A stretch of DNA of 64,000 nucleotides from Octopus sinensis (Eukaryota): contig NC_042997.1 of assembly GCF_006345805.1 (NCBI RefSeq), positions 199,826,001-199,890,000 of the forward strand, written 5' to 3'. Both the position numbers and the translations under genes were made by a program. The notes below the pieces were generated by a model. That model made no database searches. It was not told the origin of the DNA and worked only from the letters and a program-made list of their open reading frames with translations. Positions 39,857-53,865 of the stretch are shown in pieces; the stretch's first letter is position 1, and the number at the start of each line of letters is the position of its first letter.

Positions 39857-40920
39857 TACAATACAATACACTACACACAGTGTATAACCATCTGTTACTG
39901 CCATTGAAACTGCTAAATTAGTGACATCACAGCTGAATATATATAAGAGGAATTGGAGTATATGGGAAGCAGTGTGATATCACACATACTAATGTTGTGA
40001 TGCATGGAAAACACACCATTGTTTGATAAAAGTGTCAACACTGACAGAACAAATAAAACTAATCCCTCAGGTATTGAAAGGAAAATGTTCCTGTCACTTC
40101 ACAGATGTCTATGTCACTTGACAGGAATCTATTTACCAAAAAAGAAGAAATGACAAGCCTATTCAAATAATTGTGGACTGGACATAAGTGAAACTAGTCA
40201 TACTGCTGTTCAGTTTGTTTATTCTCACATATTTTATATTACATCCTATGAATAATGGCACATTTGCTTACAGGCTTCTAATAAACCAATCATTGGTTCA
40301 TTAGATATAAAACAGCAAGAGTAGCAAACTTGGCAGGTGGGGAGCAAATACCAAAAAAACTCTTAGTTCAAAAGCAACCATCAGTTTCACACCAATAATT
40401 CATATATAAGTGTGAGTGCTTATGTATGTACAAGTTGGAGGAAAATAATATTCACATGAGTTCAATAGATTATATCTTAATTTTTATTTTTTATTTTTAT
40501 GGAAACATAACTCAAAGAAGTCAATGCACAGATATCATCATCATAATGTCTATATCCATTCTTGCATAAGCTGGACAGATTTTATAAAGGCAGATATTCT
40601 ATACCCAGATACTTTTAGAATTAGATAGACAGAGAGATGGCCGTGAACTGGGAACCAAAGGCTAGGAATTTAAGCGAGAGAAAAGGCCGACATATAGCCA
40701 AATAGTGTAGGAATAAAATAGACAGAGTGATGGCCGCAAACTGGGAACCAAAGGCTAGGAATTTAAGCGATAGAATAGGCCGATAGATAGACGAATAGAG
40801 TAGATATTAAATAGACAGAGTGATGGCCACGAACTGGAAATCATGAGCTAGGAATTTAAGCGAAAGAACATGTCGATAGAGAGGCAAACAGCGTATGAAT
40901 TAAATAGATAGAGTGATGGC

Positions 40921-41370
40921 TGAAAGCTGATTGAGAAAGACAAGATTAGAGACGAAAGCCTGTGTGATCGTGTGATAAATTTTCATGAACAAAAGAATAT
41001 GTTGTAAGGAAATGCATGAGCTACAGTTTAATACGAAAAGACATCGCCAGTAAGAAAGAGAAAATAATAAGGGTTTATGTTGATAATACTCGCAAAATAC
41101 AATGAAGGGAGGAGCAAGTTGAAAGCTTAAAAAAACTTATCTGCTATTTTTTCATCCAGACAAACGTATTTCCAGCCAAGGTATGGAAGTCAATAGAAGG
41201 GGTCAAACAGCATGCATTGTTTTATATAGGGTGGAGAGAGTTGTGGAGGGGGGGTAGGAAGTAGGGCATCTTGGCTAGGTGGTGGAATCAAAAGAGAGTG
41301 AGATATAGACAGAGTGACAGTCAATACAGAGACACGTAGTGATAAAGAGAGGGGAGACACGACAACAAAC
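40921..41370. repeat. Satellite spacer, copy 1 (complete)
   Basis: gagaaagacaagattagag...tgtgtgatcgtgtgat...gtatggaagtcaatagaagg...cgacaac is shared with copies 2 and 3. Confidence 0.9.
41220..41229 (-). promoter_or_regulatory. TATA-like motif (CTATATAAAA) in spacer copy 1
   Basis: Motif present, preceded on minus by a C-rich tract. Conserved in copy 2. No functional evidence. Confidence 0.25.
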
Positions 41371-44300
41371 CGCAGCAAACTGGGAACCATGGGCTAGGAA
41401 TTTAAGCGAAAAAATAAGGCTTATAGGGAAATAGTGTAGGAATGAATTAGACAGAGTGATGGCCGTGAACTGGCAATAATAAGCTAGGAATTTAAGCGAT
41501 GGAAAAGGCTGATAGGAAAATATTGTACGAATGAAATAGACAGAGTGATAGACGGGAACTGGCAACAGTTGGCTAGGAATTTAAGCAACAGAAAAGTCTG
41601 ATACATAGGCAAATAGTGTAGGAATGAAAGAGACGGAGTGATGCCCACGAACTGGTTACGATGGGCTAGAAATTTAAGTGTCAGACCAGGCCGATAGTTA
41701 GGTAAATAGTATAGTAATGAAATAGACACAGTGATGGCTGCGAACTCGGAACCATGGGCTAGGAATTTAATGGACAGAAAAGGCCGATAAATATGCAAAT
41801 AGTGTAGGCATTAAATAGACAGGGAACGATGAGCTAGGAATTTCAGGGACAAAAAAGGCCAAGGGTTGGGCACATAGTGTAGGAATAAAACAGACAGTGA
41901 TGGGCGCCAACCGGGAACGATGGGCTAGGAATTTAAGCGACAGAAAAGGCTGATACATAGGCAAAAAGTGTAGGAATGAAATAGAGAGTGATGGCCACGA
42001 ACTGGGAACCATGGGCTAGGAATTTAATGGAAAGAAAATCCTGATACTTAGGCAAATAGTGTAGGAATGAAATACACAGAGTGATAGCTGCGAACTGGGC
42101 ACAATGGGCTAGGAATGTCAGAGACAAAAAAGGCCGATAGTTAGGCAAATAGTGTAGGAATAAAATGGAAAGAGTGATGGCCACGAACTGGTAAACATTA
42201 GCTAAGAATTTAATGGAAAAAAATATCTGATAGTTAGGCAAATAGTGTAGGAATGAAATAGACAGAATTTAAGCAACAGAAAAGGCTGATAGATTGGCAA
42301 ATATTGTAGGAATAACAGAGGCAGAGAGAGGGCCGCGAACAGGGAACAATGGGCTAGGAATTTAAGTGACAGAAAAGGCTGATAGATAGGAAAATAGTGT
42401 AGGAATGAAAGAGAAAGAGTGATGGCCGCAAAACAGGAACCATGGGCTAGGAACTTAAGCGACAGAAAAGGCTGAAAGTTAGGCAAATAGAGTAGGAATG
42501 AAAAAGACAGTCATGGCTGCGAACTGGGAACCATGGACTAGGAATTTAAGCGAAAGAAAAGGCCAATAGTTAGGCAAATAATGTAGGAATGAAATAGAGT
42601 GATGGCCGTGAACACGGAACCATGGGCTGGGAATTTAAGAGACACAAAAGGCTGATAGATATGCTAATAGTGTAGGAATGACATAGACAGAGTGATGGCC
42701 GCAAACTGGAAAACATGGGCTATGAACTTCAGCGACAGAGAAGGTTGATAGATGGCAAATAGTGTAGGAATGAAATAGAGAGAGTGATGGCCGCGAACTG
42801 GGAACCATGGGCTAGGAACCTAAGCGTCAGAACAGGCCGATAGTTAGGCAAATAGTGTAGGAATAAAATAGACAGAGTGATGGCCGAGAACTGGGAACCA
42901 TTGGCTAGGAATTTAAGCGACAGAAAAGGCCGATAGTTAAGCAAATATTGTAGGAATGAAATAAACAAAGTGATGGCCGCTAACTGGGAACGATGGGCTA
43001 GGAATTTCAGGGACAGAAAAGGCTGATAGTTATGCAAATAGTGTAGGAATGAAATACACAGAGTGATGGCCACGAAATGGGAAAAATGGGCTAGGAATTT
43101 AGTGGACAGAAAAGGCCGATAGTTAGGCAAATGGTGTAGGAATGAAAAAGACAAAGTGATGGCCGCAAACTGGGAATGATGGGCTAGGAATTTAAGCAAC
43201 AGAAAAGGCTGACAGATTGGCAAATAGTGTAGGATTGAAATATACAGAGTGATGGCCGTGAACGGAGACCAATGGGCTAGAAATTTAAGTGAGAGAAGAG
43301 GCTGATGGATATGCAAATAGTGAAGGAATGAAATAGACAGACTGATGGCCGCGATACAAAAGGCGGATAGATAGTCAAATAGAGTAGGAATGAAATAGAG
43401 TGATGGCCGCAAATTGAGAACCATGGACTAGGAATTTAAGCAAAAGAAAATGCTGAAAATTACGCAGATAGTGTAAGATTGAAATAGACAGAGTGATGGC
43501 AGCGAACTGGGAACCATGTAATAGAAATTTAAGCCAACAAAAAGTCTGATAGATAAGCAAATACTGTAGGAATGAAATAGACAGAGTGATGGCCGCTAAC
43601 TGGGAACCATTGGCTAGGAATTTAAGCGACAGAAAAGGCCGATAGTTAAGCAAATATTGTAGGAATGAAATAAACAAAGTGATGGCCGCGAACTGGGAAA
43701 CATGTGCTCGGAATTTAAGTGACAGAAAAGGCTGATAAATATGCAAATAGTGTAGGAATGAAATAGACAGAGTGATGGCCGCGAACTGGGAACCATGGGC
43801 TAGGAATTTAAACGATAGAAAAGGCTGATAGATAGGCCAATAATGTAGGAATGAAATAGAAAGAGTGATGGATGTGAACCGGGAACCATTGGCTAGGAAT
43901 CTAAGAGACAGAAAAGGCTGATATATAAGCAAATATTGTCGGAATGAAATAGAGTGACGGCCGCGAACTAGGAACCATGGGCCAGGAATTTAAGCGAAAG
44001 AAAAGGCCCATAGATAGGCAAATAGTGTAGTAATAATACAGACAAATTGATGGCCGAGAACTGGGAACCATGAGCTAGGAATTCAAGGGAAAGAAAAGGC
44101 TGATAGATAGGGAAATATTGTGGGAATTAAAGAGAAAGAGTGATGGCCGCAAACTAGGTGTCATACGCTAGGAACTTCAGCGACAGAAATGGCTAATAGA
44201 TAGGCAATTAATGTAGGAATGAAATAGACAGAGTGATGGCCGCGAAATGGGAACCATGAAATAGGAATTTAAGCAAGAGTAAAGGCTGATAGATATGCAA

Positions 44301-47300
44301 ATAGTGTAGGATTAAATTAGACAAAGTGATGGCCGTGAACAGGGAACCATGGGCTAGGAATTAAATGGAGAGAAAAGGCCGATAGTTAGGCAAATAGTGT
44401 AGGAATAAAATAGACAGAATGATAGCCACAAACTGGGAACCATGGGCTAAGACTTGAAACAACAGAAAAAGCCAATGGAGAGGGAAATAGTGTAGGAATT
44501 AAATACACAATGTGATGGCCGCCAACTAGGAAACATGGGCTAGAAATTTAAGCAACAGAAAAGGCCGATAGATATGCGAATATTGTAGGAAGGAAAAAGA
44601 GAGTGATGGCCGCGAACTGGGAAGCATGGGCTAGAAATTTAAGCAACAGAAAACGCTGATAGATGGGCAGATAGTGTAGGAATGAAATAGACAGAGTGAT
44701 GGCCGCGAAATGGGAACCATGAAAAGGGAATTTAAGCGACAGAAAAAAGTGATAGATATGCAAATAGTGTAGGAATGAAATAGACAGAGTAACGGCCGCA
44801 ATCTGGGTACCATGGGCTAGGAATTTAAACAACAGAAAAGGCCGATATATAGGGAAATAAGGGAGGAATTCAATACACAATGTGATGGCCAACAACTGCG
44901 AACCATGGGCTGGGAATTTAAGAGACACAAAAGGCTGATAGATATGCTAATAGTGTAGGAATTAAATAGAGTGATAACTGAAGTAGGAACCATGGCCTAG
45001 GAATTTAAGCGACAGAAAAGGCTGATAGATATGCTAATAGTGTAGGAATGACATAGACAGAGTGATGGCCGCAAACTGGAAAACATGGGCTATGAACTTC
45101 AGCGACAGAGAAGGCTGATAGATGGCAAATATTGTAGGAATGAAATAGAGAGAGTGATGGCCACGAACTGGGAACAATGGGCTAGTAATTTAAGCGACAG
45201 AACAGGCCGATAGTTAGGCAAATAGTGTAGGAATGAAATGGACAGAAAAGTCCGATAGTTAGGCAAATAGTGTAGGAATGAAATAGACAGAGTAACAGCC
45301 GCAATCTGGGTACCATGGGCTAGGAATTTAAATGACAGAAAAGGCCGATATATAGGGAAATAAGGGAGGAATTCAATACACAATGTGATGGCCAACAACT
45401 GTGAACCATGGGCGAGGAATTTAAGCGATGGTAAAGATTGATAGATAGGCAGATAGTCTAGGAATAAAATAGAGTGATGGGCGCGAACTGGGAACGATGG
45501 GCTAGCAATTTAAGCGACAGAAAAGGCTGATAGATAGGCAAATAGTGTAGGAATGAAATAGAGAGTGATGGCCGCAACCTGGGAACCATGGGCTATGAAT
45601 TCAATAGAGAGAAAATCCTGATACTTAGGTAAATAGTGTGGGAATGAAATAGACAGAGTGATGGCTGCGAACTGGGAACGATGTTATAGGAATTTAAGCC
45701 AAAAAAAAGACTGATAGATATACAAATACTGTAGGAATGAAATAGACAGTGTGATGGCCGCGAACTGGGAACGATGGGCTAGGAACTTAAGCGATTGAAA
45801 AGGCTGATGGATAGGCAAATAGTGTAGGAATGAAATAGACCGAGTGATGGCCGCGAACTGGTAACCATGGGCTAGGAATTTAAGCAACTAAAGAGGCTGA
45901 TGGATAGGCAAATAGTGTAGGAATAATATAGACAGAGTGATGGCCCCGAAATGGGAACCATGGGCAAGGAATTTAAGCAACAAAAGAAGCTGATGGATAG
46001 GCAAACAGTGTAGGAATAATATAGAGAGTGATGGCCGCGAACTGGGATCCATGGGCTAGGAATTTAAGCAACTGAAGAAATTGATGGATAGGCAAATAGT
46101 GTAGGAATGAATTAGGGAGAGAGATGGCCGCGAAATAGGAACCATGGGCTAGGAATTTAAGCAAGAGAAAAGGCGGATAGATGGGCAAATAAATTAGGAA
46201 TGAAATAGACAGAGTGTTGGCCGCGAACTGGGAACCATGCGCTCAGAATTTAAGTGACAGAAAAGGCTGATAGATAGTCAAATAGAGTAGGAATGAAATA
46301 GAAAGAGTGATGGCCACAATCTGAGAACCGTGGACTAGGAATTTAAGAGATAGAAAAGGCTGAAAAATATGCAAATAGTGTAGGAATGAAATAGACAGAG
46401 TGATGGCAGCGAACTGGGAACCATGTAATAGGAACTGAAGCCAAAAAAAAGGCCGATAAATAAGCAAATACCGTAGGAATGAAATAGACAGAATGATGGG
46501 CGCGAACTGGGAACGATGGGCTAAGAATTTAAGCAGTAGAAAAGGCTGAATTATAGGGAACTAGTGAAGGAATGAAATAGACAGAGTGGTGGCTGCAAAC
46601 TGAGTGTCATACGCTAGGAACTTCAGCGACAGAAAAGGCCGATAGATAGGCAAATAGTGTAGGAATGAAATAGCCAGAGTGATGGCTGCCAAATGGGAAC
46701 AATGAAATAGGAATTTAAGCGACAGAAAAGGCTGATAGATAGGCAAATAGAGTAGGATTAAATTAGACAGAGTGATGGCCATGAACAGGGAACCATGGGC
46801 TAGGAATTAAATAGACAGAAAAGGCTGATAGTTAGGCAAATAGTGTAGGAATGAAATAGACAAAGTAATTGCCATGAACTGAGAAACATGGGCTAGGAAC
46901 TTCAGGGACAGCAAAGACCTATAGTTAGACATATACTGTAGCAATGAGATAGACATAATGATAGCCGCAAACTGGGAACCATGGGCTAAGAATTGAAGCG
47001 ACAGAAAAGGCCGATAGATAGGCAAATAGCGTAGGAATTAAATACACAATGTGATGGCTGCCAACTAGGAAACATGGGCTAGAAATTTAAGCGACAGAAA
47101 AGGCCGATAGATATGCAAATATTGTAGGAAGGAAAAAGAGAGTGATGGCCGCGAACTGGGAACCATGGGCTAGGAATTTCAATAGAGAGAAAATCCTGAT
47201 AGTTAGGCAAATAGTGTACGAATGAAATAGACAGAGTGATGGCTGTGAACAGGGAACGATGCGCTAGGAATTTAAGCGACAGACAAGGCTGATAAACACG

Positions 47301-49947
47301 AAATAGTGCAAGAATGAAATACACAGAGTGATGGCCGCGAACTGGGAACCATGTGCTAGGAATTTACGCAAAAAAAAGGCTGAAAGATATGCAAATACTG
47401 TAGGAATGAAATAGACAGAGTGATGGCCGTGAACTGGGAATGATGGGCTAGGAATTTAAGCGATTGAAAAGGCTGATAGATACGCAAACAGTGGAGGAAT
47501 AATATAGACAGAGTGATGGCCGCGAACTGGGAACCATGGGCTAGGAATTTAAGCAACTGAAGAGGCTGATTGATAGGCAAATAGTGTAGGAATGAAATAG
47601 ACAAAGAGATGGCCAAGGACTGGGAAACATGGGCTAGGAATTCAAGGGAAGGAAAAGGCTGATAGATAGGGAAATAGTGTGGGAATTAAAGAGACAGAGT
47701 GATGGCTGCAAACTGGGAAACATGGGTTGGGAATTTTGGGGAAAGAAAAGGCCGTTAGTTAGGCAAATAGTGATGGCTCCGAACTGAGAACGATGGGCTA
47801 GGAACTGGGAATGATGGGCAAGGAATTTCAGGGAGAGAAAAGGCTGATAGATAGGCAAATAGTGTAGGAATGAAACAGAAAGAGTGATGGGCACGAACTG
47901 GGAACGATGGGCTAGCAATTTAAGTGACAGAAAAGGATGATAGTTTTGCAAATAGTGTTGGAATGAAATAGGCAGAGAGATGGCCATGAACAGGGAACCA
48001 TTAGCTGGGAATTTAAGAGAGACAAAAGGCTAAGAGATAGGCAAATAGTGTAGGAATGAAATAGAGTGATGGACGTGAAAAAGGAACCATGGGCTAGAAA
48101 TTTACTCGACAAAAATGCTGAGAGACATTCAAATAGTGTAGGAATGAAATAGACACAGTGTGGCAGCAAACTGGGAAACATAGGCTATGAACTTCAGCGA
48201 CAGAGAAGGCTGAGAGATTGGCAAATGGTATAGGAATGAAATAGACAGTGTGATGGCTGCAAACTGGGGACCGTGGACAAGGAATTTAAGTGAATTTATA
48301 ACACAGAGTGATGGCCACGAACTGGGAAAAATGGGCAAGGAATTTAGTGGAGAGAAAAGGCCGATAGTTAGTAAAATATTGTAGGAATGAAATAAACAGA
48401 GTGATGGCTGCGAACTGGGGTCGATGTGCTATGAATTTAAGTAAAAGAAAAGGCCGATAAATAAGCAAATAGTGTAGGAATGAAATAGAGAGTGTGATGG
48501 CAGCAAACTGGGAAGCATGGCCTAAGATATTGAGCGAAAGAAAAGGCTGATATATATGCAAATAGTGTAGGAATAAGATACACAGATTGATGGCCGAGAA
48601 CTGGGAACCATGGGCTAGGGATTCAAGGGAAGGAAAAGGCTGATAGATAAGGAAATAGTATGGGAATTAAAGAGACAGAGTGATGGCCGCAAACTGGGTG
48701 TCATACGCTAGGAACTTCAGTGACAGAAAAGGCTGATAGATAGGCAAATAGTGTAGGAATAAATTAGTCAGAGTGATGGCCGTGAACAGGGAACCATGGG
48801 CTAGGAATTTAATGGACAGAAAAGGCCGAAAGTTAGGCAAATAGTGTAGGAATGAAATAGACAGAGAGATTGCCACAAACTGGGAACCATGGGCTAGGAA
48901 TTTCAGGGAGAGCAAAGGTCTATAGAAAGGCAAAAGGTGTAAGAATGAAATAGACAAATGATAGCCGCGAACTGGGAGCCATGGGCTAAGAATTGAAGCG
49001 ACGGAAAAGGCCGATAGATATGCAAAAGACAGTGATGGCCGCGAACTGGGAAGCATGGACTAGAAATTTAAGCAACAGAAAACTCTGATAAATAGGCAAA
49101 TGGTGTAGGAATGAAATAGACAGAGTGATGGCCGCCAACTGGGAAGGATGGGCTGGGAATTTCAGTGACAGAAAAGGCCGATAGTTAGGCAAATAGTATA
49201 AGAATGAAATAGACAGAGTGATGACCGCGAATTGGGAAGATGGGCTAGGAATTTATGCGACAGAAAAGGTGATAGATAGGAAAATAATGTAGGAATAAAA
49301 TAGACAGATTGATGGTCGAGAACTGGGAAGCATGGGCTAGGAAATTAAGCAAGAGAAAAGGCTGATAGATTTGCCATAGTGTAGGAATGAAATAGAAAGA
49401 GTGATGGCCGCGAACTGGGAACGATGGGCTAGGAATTTAAGCGAAAGAAAAGGCCGAGATATAGGCAAATAGCGTAGGAATTAAATAGACAGAGTGATGG
49501 TGGTGAACTGGGAACCATGGGCTAGGAATTTAATGGAGAGAAAAGGCCAATAGTTAGGCAAATAGTGTAGGAATGAAACAGACAGTGTGATGGCCGCGAA
49601 CTGGGAAACGTGGTTTAGGAATTTAGTGAAAAGAAAAGGCCGATAGTCAGGCAAATAGTGTAGGAATGAAATAGACAGACTGATGGCTGCGAACTAGAAA
49701 GATTGGGCTAGGAATTTATGCAACAGAAAAGGTGATAGATGGGAAAATAGTGTAGGAATGAAATAGATAGACTGATGGCCTCGAAATGGGAAGCATAGGC
49801 TAGGAAATTAAGCGACATAAAAGGCTGATAGTGTAGGAATGAAAAGGGCAGAGAGATGGCTGTGAGCAGGGAAACATGGGCCGGGAATTTAACAAAAGGC
49901 TGAGAGATAGGCAAATAGTGTAGGAATGAAATGGAGTGATGGACGTA

Positions 49948-50134
49948 AAATTCCTTGCCCATGGCCCCCAATTTGCGGACATCATACTGTCTATTTCATT
50001 CCTATAGCATTTGCCTATCTATCAGCCTTTTCTGTCGCTACCGTTCCTAGACCATAGTCCCCAGTTCGGGGCCATCACTCTGTCTATTTCATTCCTACAC
50101 TATTTGCCTAACTATCGGCCTGTTCTGACGCTTA
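49948..50134 (-). repeat. Two satellite monomers in inverted orientation inside the array
   Basis: aaattccttgcccatgg...ctatttcattcctacactatttgcc...ctgacgcttag is the reverse complement of the monomer. Confidence 0.95.
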
Positions 50135-53100
50135 GATAGATAGGCAAATAGTGTAGGAATTAAATAGACAGAGTGATGGCCGTGAAATGGGAACAATGGG
50201 CTACGAATTTGAGCCATAGAAAAGGCGGATAGATAGGCAAATAGAGTAGAAATGAAATAGAGTGATGGCCGCCAACTAGGATCCATGGGTTAGGAATTTA
50301 AGCAACAGGAAAAGCTGAAAGATATGCAAATAGAGTAGGACTGAAATAGACAGAATGATGGCCGCGAACTGAGAAGAATGGACGAGGAATGTAAGCAACA
50401 GAAAAGACTGATAGATAGACAAATGGTGTAGGAATACAATAGACAGAGTGATGCCCGCCAGCTGGGAACCATGGGCTAGGAATTTCAGGGATAGAAAAGA
50501 ATTTAAATATTCAAATAGTGTAGGAATTAAATAGACAGAGTGATGGCCGCGAACCGGAAAACATGGGCTAGGAATTTAAGCGATAGAAAAGGATCGTAGA
50601 TATGCAAATATTGTCGGAATGAAATAGGGTGATGGCCGCGAACTGGGAACAACGGGCTAGGAATTAAAGCAATAGAAACGGCTGATAGATAGGCAAAAAG
50701 TGTAGGAATGCAATATAGAGCGTAATGGCCGTGAACTGGGAACCATGTTATAGGAATTTAAGCTAAAAAAAAGGCCGATAGATATGCAAATACTGTAGGA
50801 ATGAAATAGACAGTGTGACGGCCGCGAACTGGGAATGATGGACTAGGAAGTTAAGCGACAGAAAAGGCTGATAAATACGCAAATATGTAGGAATGAAATA
50901 GACATATTGATGGCCGCGAACTGGGAACCATGGGATAGTAATTTAAGCAACAGAAAAGGCTGATAGATAAGTAAATAATGTAGGAATGAAATAGACAGAG
51001 TGATGGCCGCGAACTGGAAACCATTAGCTAGAAATTTCAGCGTTAGAGAAGGCTCATAGATAGGCAAATAGTGTGGGAGTGAAGTAGACAGAGTGGGAAT
51101 GATGGACTAGGAAGTTAAGCGACAGAAAAGGCTGATAAATACGCAAATATGTAGGAATGAAATAGACATATTGATGGCCGCGAACTGGGAACCATGTAAT
51201 AGGAATTTAAGCCAAAAAATAGGCCGATAAATAAGCAAATACCGTAGGAGTGAAATAGACAGAGTGATGACCGCGATCTCGGAACCATGGGCTAGGAACG
51301 TAAGAGATAGAAAAGGCTGAGAGATAGACAAATAGTGTAGGAATGGAATAGACGGTGATGCCTGCCAGCTGGGAACCATGGGCTAGGAATTTAAGGGACA
51401 GAAAAGGCTGTTAGATATTCAAATAGTGTAGGAATTAAATAGACAGAGTGATGGCCGCGAACCGGGAAACATGGGCTAGGAATTTAAGCGATAGAAAAGA
51501 ATGGTAGATATGCAAATATTGTCGGAATGAAATAGAGTGATGGCTGCGAACTGGGAACGATGGGCTAGGAATTTAAGCGGAAGAGAAAGCTGATATATAG
51601 GCAAATATTGCAGGAAGGAAATATAGAGAGTGATGGCAGCGAACTGGGAACCATGGGCTCAGATTTTAAGTGACAAAAAACGCTGATAGATATGCATATA
51701 ATGTAGGAATTAAGTAGACCGTGTGATGGCCGCGAACTGGGAACAACGGGCTAGGAATTTAAGCAATAGAAAATGTTGATAGATAGGCAAACAGTGTAGG
51801 AATGAAATATAGAGAGTGATGGCAGCGAATTGGGAACCATGTTATAGGAATTTAAGCCAAAAAAATGGCCGATAGATATTCAAATACTGTAGGAATGAAA
51901 TAGACAGAGTGATGGCCGCGAACTGGGAACAATGGGCTCGGAATTTAAGTGACAGAAAAGGGTGATACATATGCAAATAGAGTAGGAATGAAATACACAG
52001 AGTGATGCCTGTGAACTAAGAACAATAGGCGATGAATTTAAGCGACAGAAAATGCTGATAGATAGGCAAATAGTGTCGGAATGAAATAGACAGAGTGATG
52101 TCCGTCAACTGGGAACCATGGGCTAGGAATTTAAGCCATAGAATAGGATAATAGAGAGACAAATAGGGTAGGAATTAAATAGACAGAGTGATGGCCGTGA
52201 AATCGGAACTATAGGCTAGGAATTTAAGCGATAGAAAAAGCTGATAGATAGGCAAATATTGCAGGAATGAAATAGACACAGTGATGGCCGCGAACTGGGA
52301 TCCATGTTATAGGAATTTAAGCAACAGAAAAGGCTGATAGATAGGTAAATCATGTAGGAATGAAATAGACAGAGTGATGGCCGCAAACTGGGAACCATGG
52401 GCTCAGATTTTAAGTGACAAAAAAGGCTGATAGATATGCAAATAGTGTAGGAATTAAATAGACTGTGTGATGGCCGCGAACTGGGAACAACGGGCTAGGA
52501 ATTTAAGCAATAGAAAAGGCTGATAGATAGGCAAAAAGTGTAGGAATGAAATATAGAGAATGATGACCGCAAACTGGGAACCATGTTATAGCAATTTAAG
52601 ACAAAAAAAAGACCGATAGATATGCAAATATTGTGGGAATGAAATAAACAGTGTGATGGCCGCGAACTGGGAATGATGAGCTAGGAATTTAAGCGACAGA
52701 AAAGGCTGATAAATACGCAAATACATAGTAATGAAATAGACAGATTCATGGCCGCGAACTGGGAACCATGTTATAGGAATTTAAGCCCCAAAACAGGCCG
52801 ATAGGTATGCAAATACTGTAGGAATGAAATAGACAGAGTGATGGCCGAGAACTGGGAGCCATGAGATAGTAATTTAAGCAACAGAAAAGGCTGATAGATA
52901 GGTAAATAATGTAGGAATGAAATAAACAGAGTGATGGCCGCGAACTGGGAAACATGGGCTCAGAATTTAAGTGACAAAATGGCTGATAGATAGGCAAAAA
53001 GTGTAGGAATGAAATATAGAGAGTAATGGCCGCGAACTGGGAACCATGTTATAGGAATTTAAGCCCCAAAAAAGGCCGATAGATATGCAAATAGAGTAGG

Positions 53101-53865
53101 AATGAAATAGACACAGTGATGGCCGAGAACTGGGAGCCATGAGATAGTAATTTAAGCAACAGAAAAGGCTAGTAGATAGGTAAATAATGTAGGAATGATA
53201 TAGACACAGTGATGGCCGCGAACTGGGAACCATGGGCTCAGATTTTATGTGACAAAAAAGGCTGATAGATATGCAAATAGTGTAGGAATTAAGTAGACTG
53301 TGTGATGTCGGTGAACTGGGAACGATGGGCTCGGAATTTAAGTGACAGAAAAGGCTGATAGATATGCAAATAGAATAGGAATGAAATAGACAGAGTGATG
53401 GCCGTGAACTAAGAACAATGGGTGATGAATTTAAGCGACAGAAAAGACTGATAGATAGGCAAATAGTGTAGGAATGAAATTGTCAGAGTGATGGCTGCGA
53501 ACTGGGAACAATGGGCTAGGAATTTAAGCGATAGAAAAGGCCGACAGATAGGCAAATGTTGTAGGAATTAAATAGACAGACTGATGGCCACAAACTGGGA
53601 AGCATGGGCTAGGAATTTAAGCGACAGAAAAGGCCGATAGATATGTAAATAGTGTAGGAATGAAATTGACAGAGTGATGGCCGCAAACTAGGAACCGTGG
53701 CATAGGAATTTAAGGGACAGAAAAGGCTGTTAGATAGGCAAATAATTTAGGAATTAAGTAGACAGAGTGATGGCCTCGAACTGGGACCCATGGGCTTATA
53801 ATTTTAGCGACAGAAACAGCTAATAGATAGGCAAATATTGTAGGGTTGAAATAGACTGTGATGGC

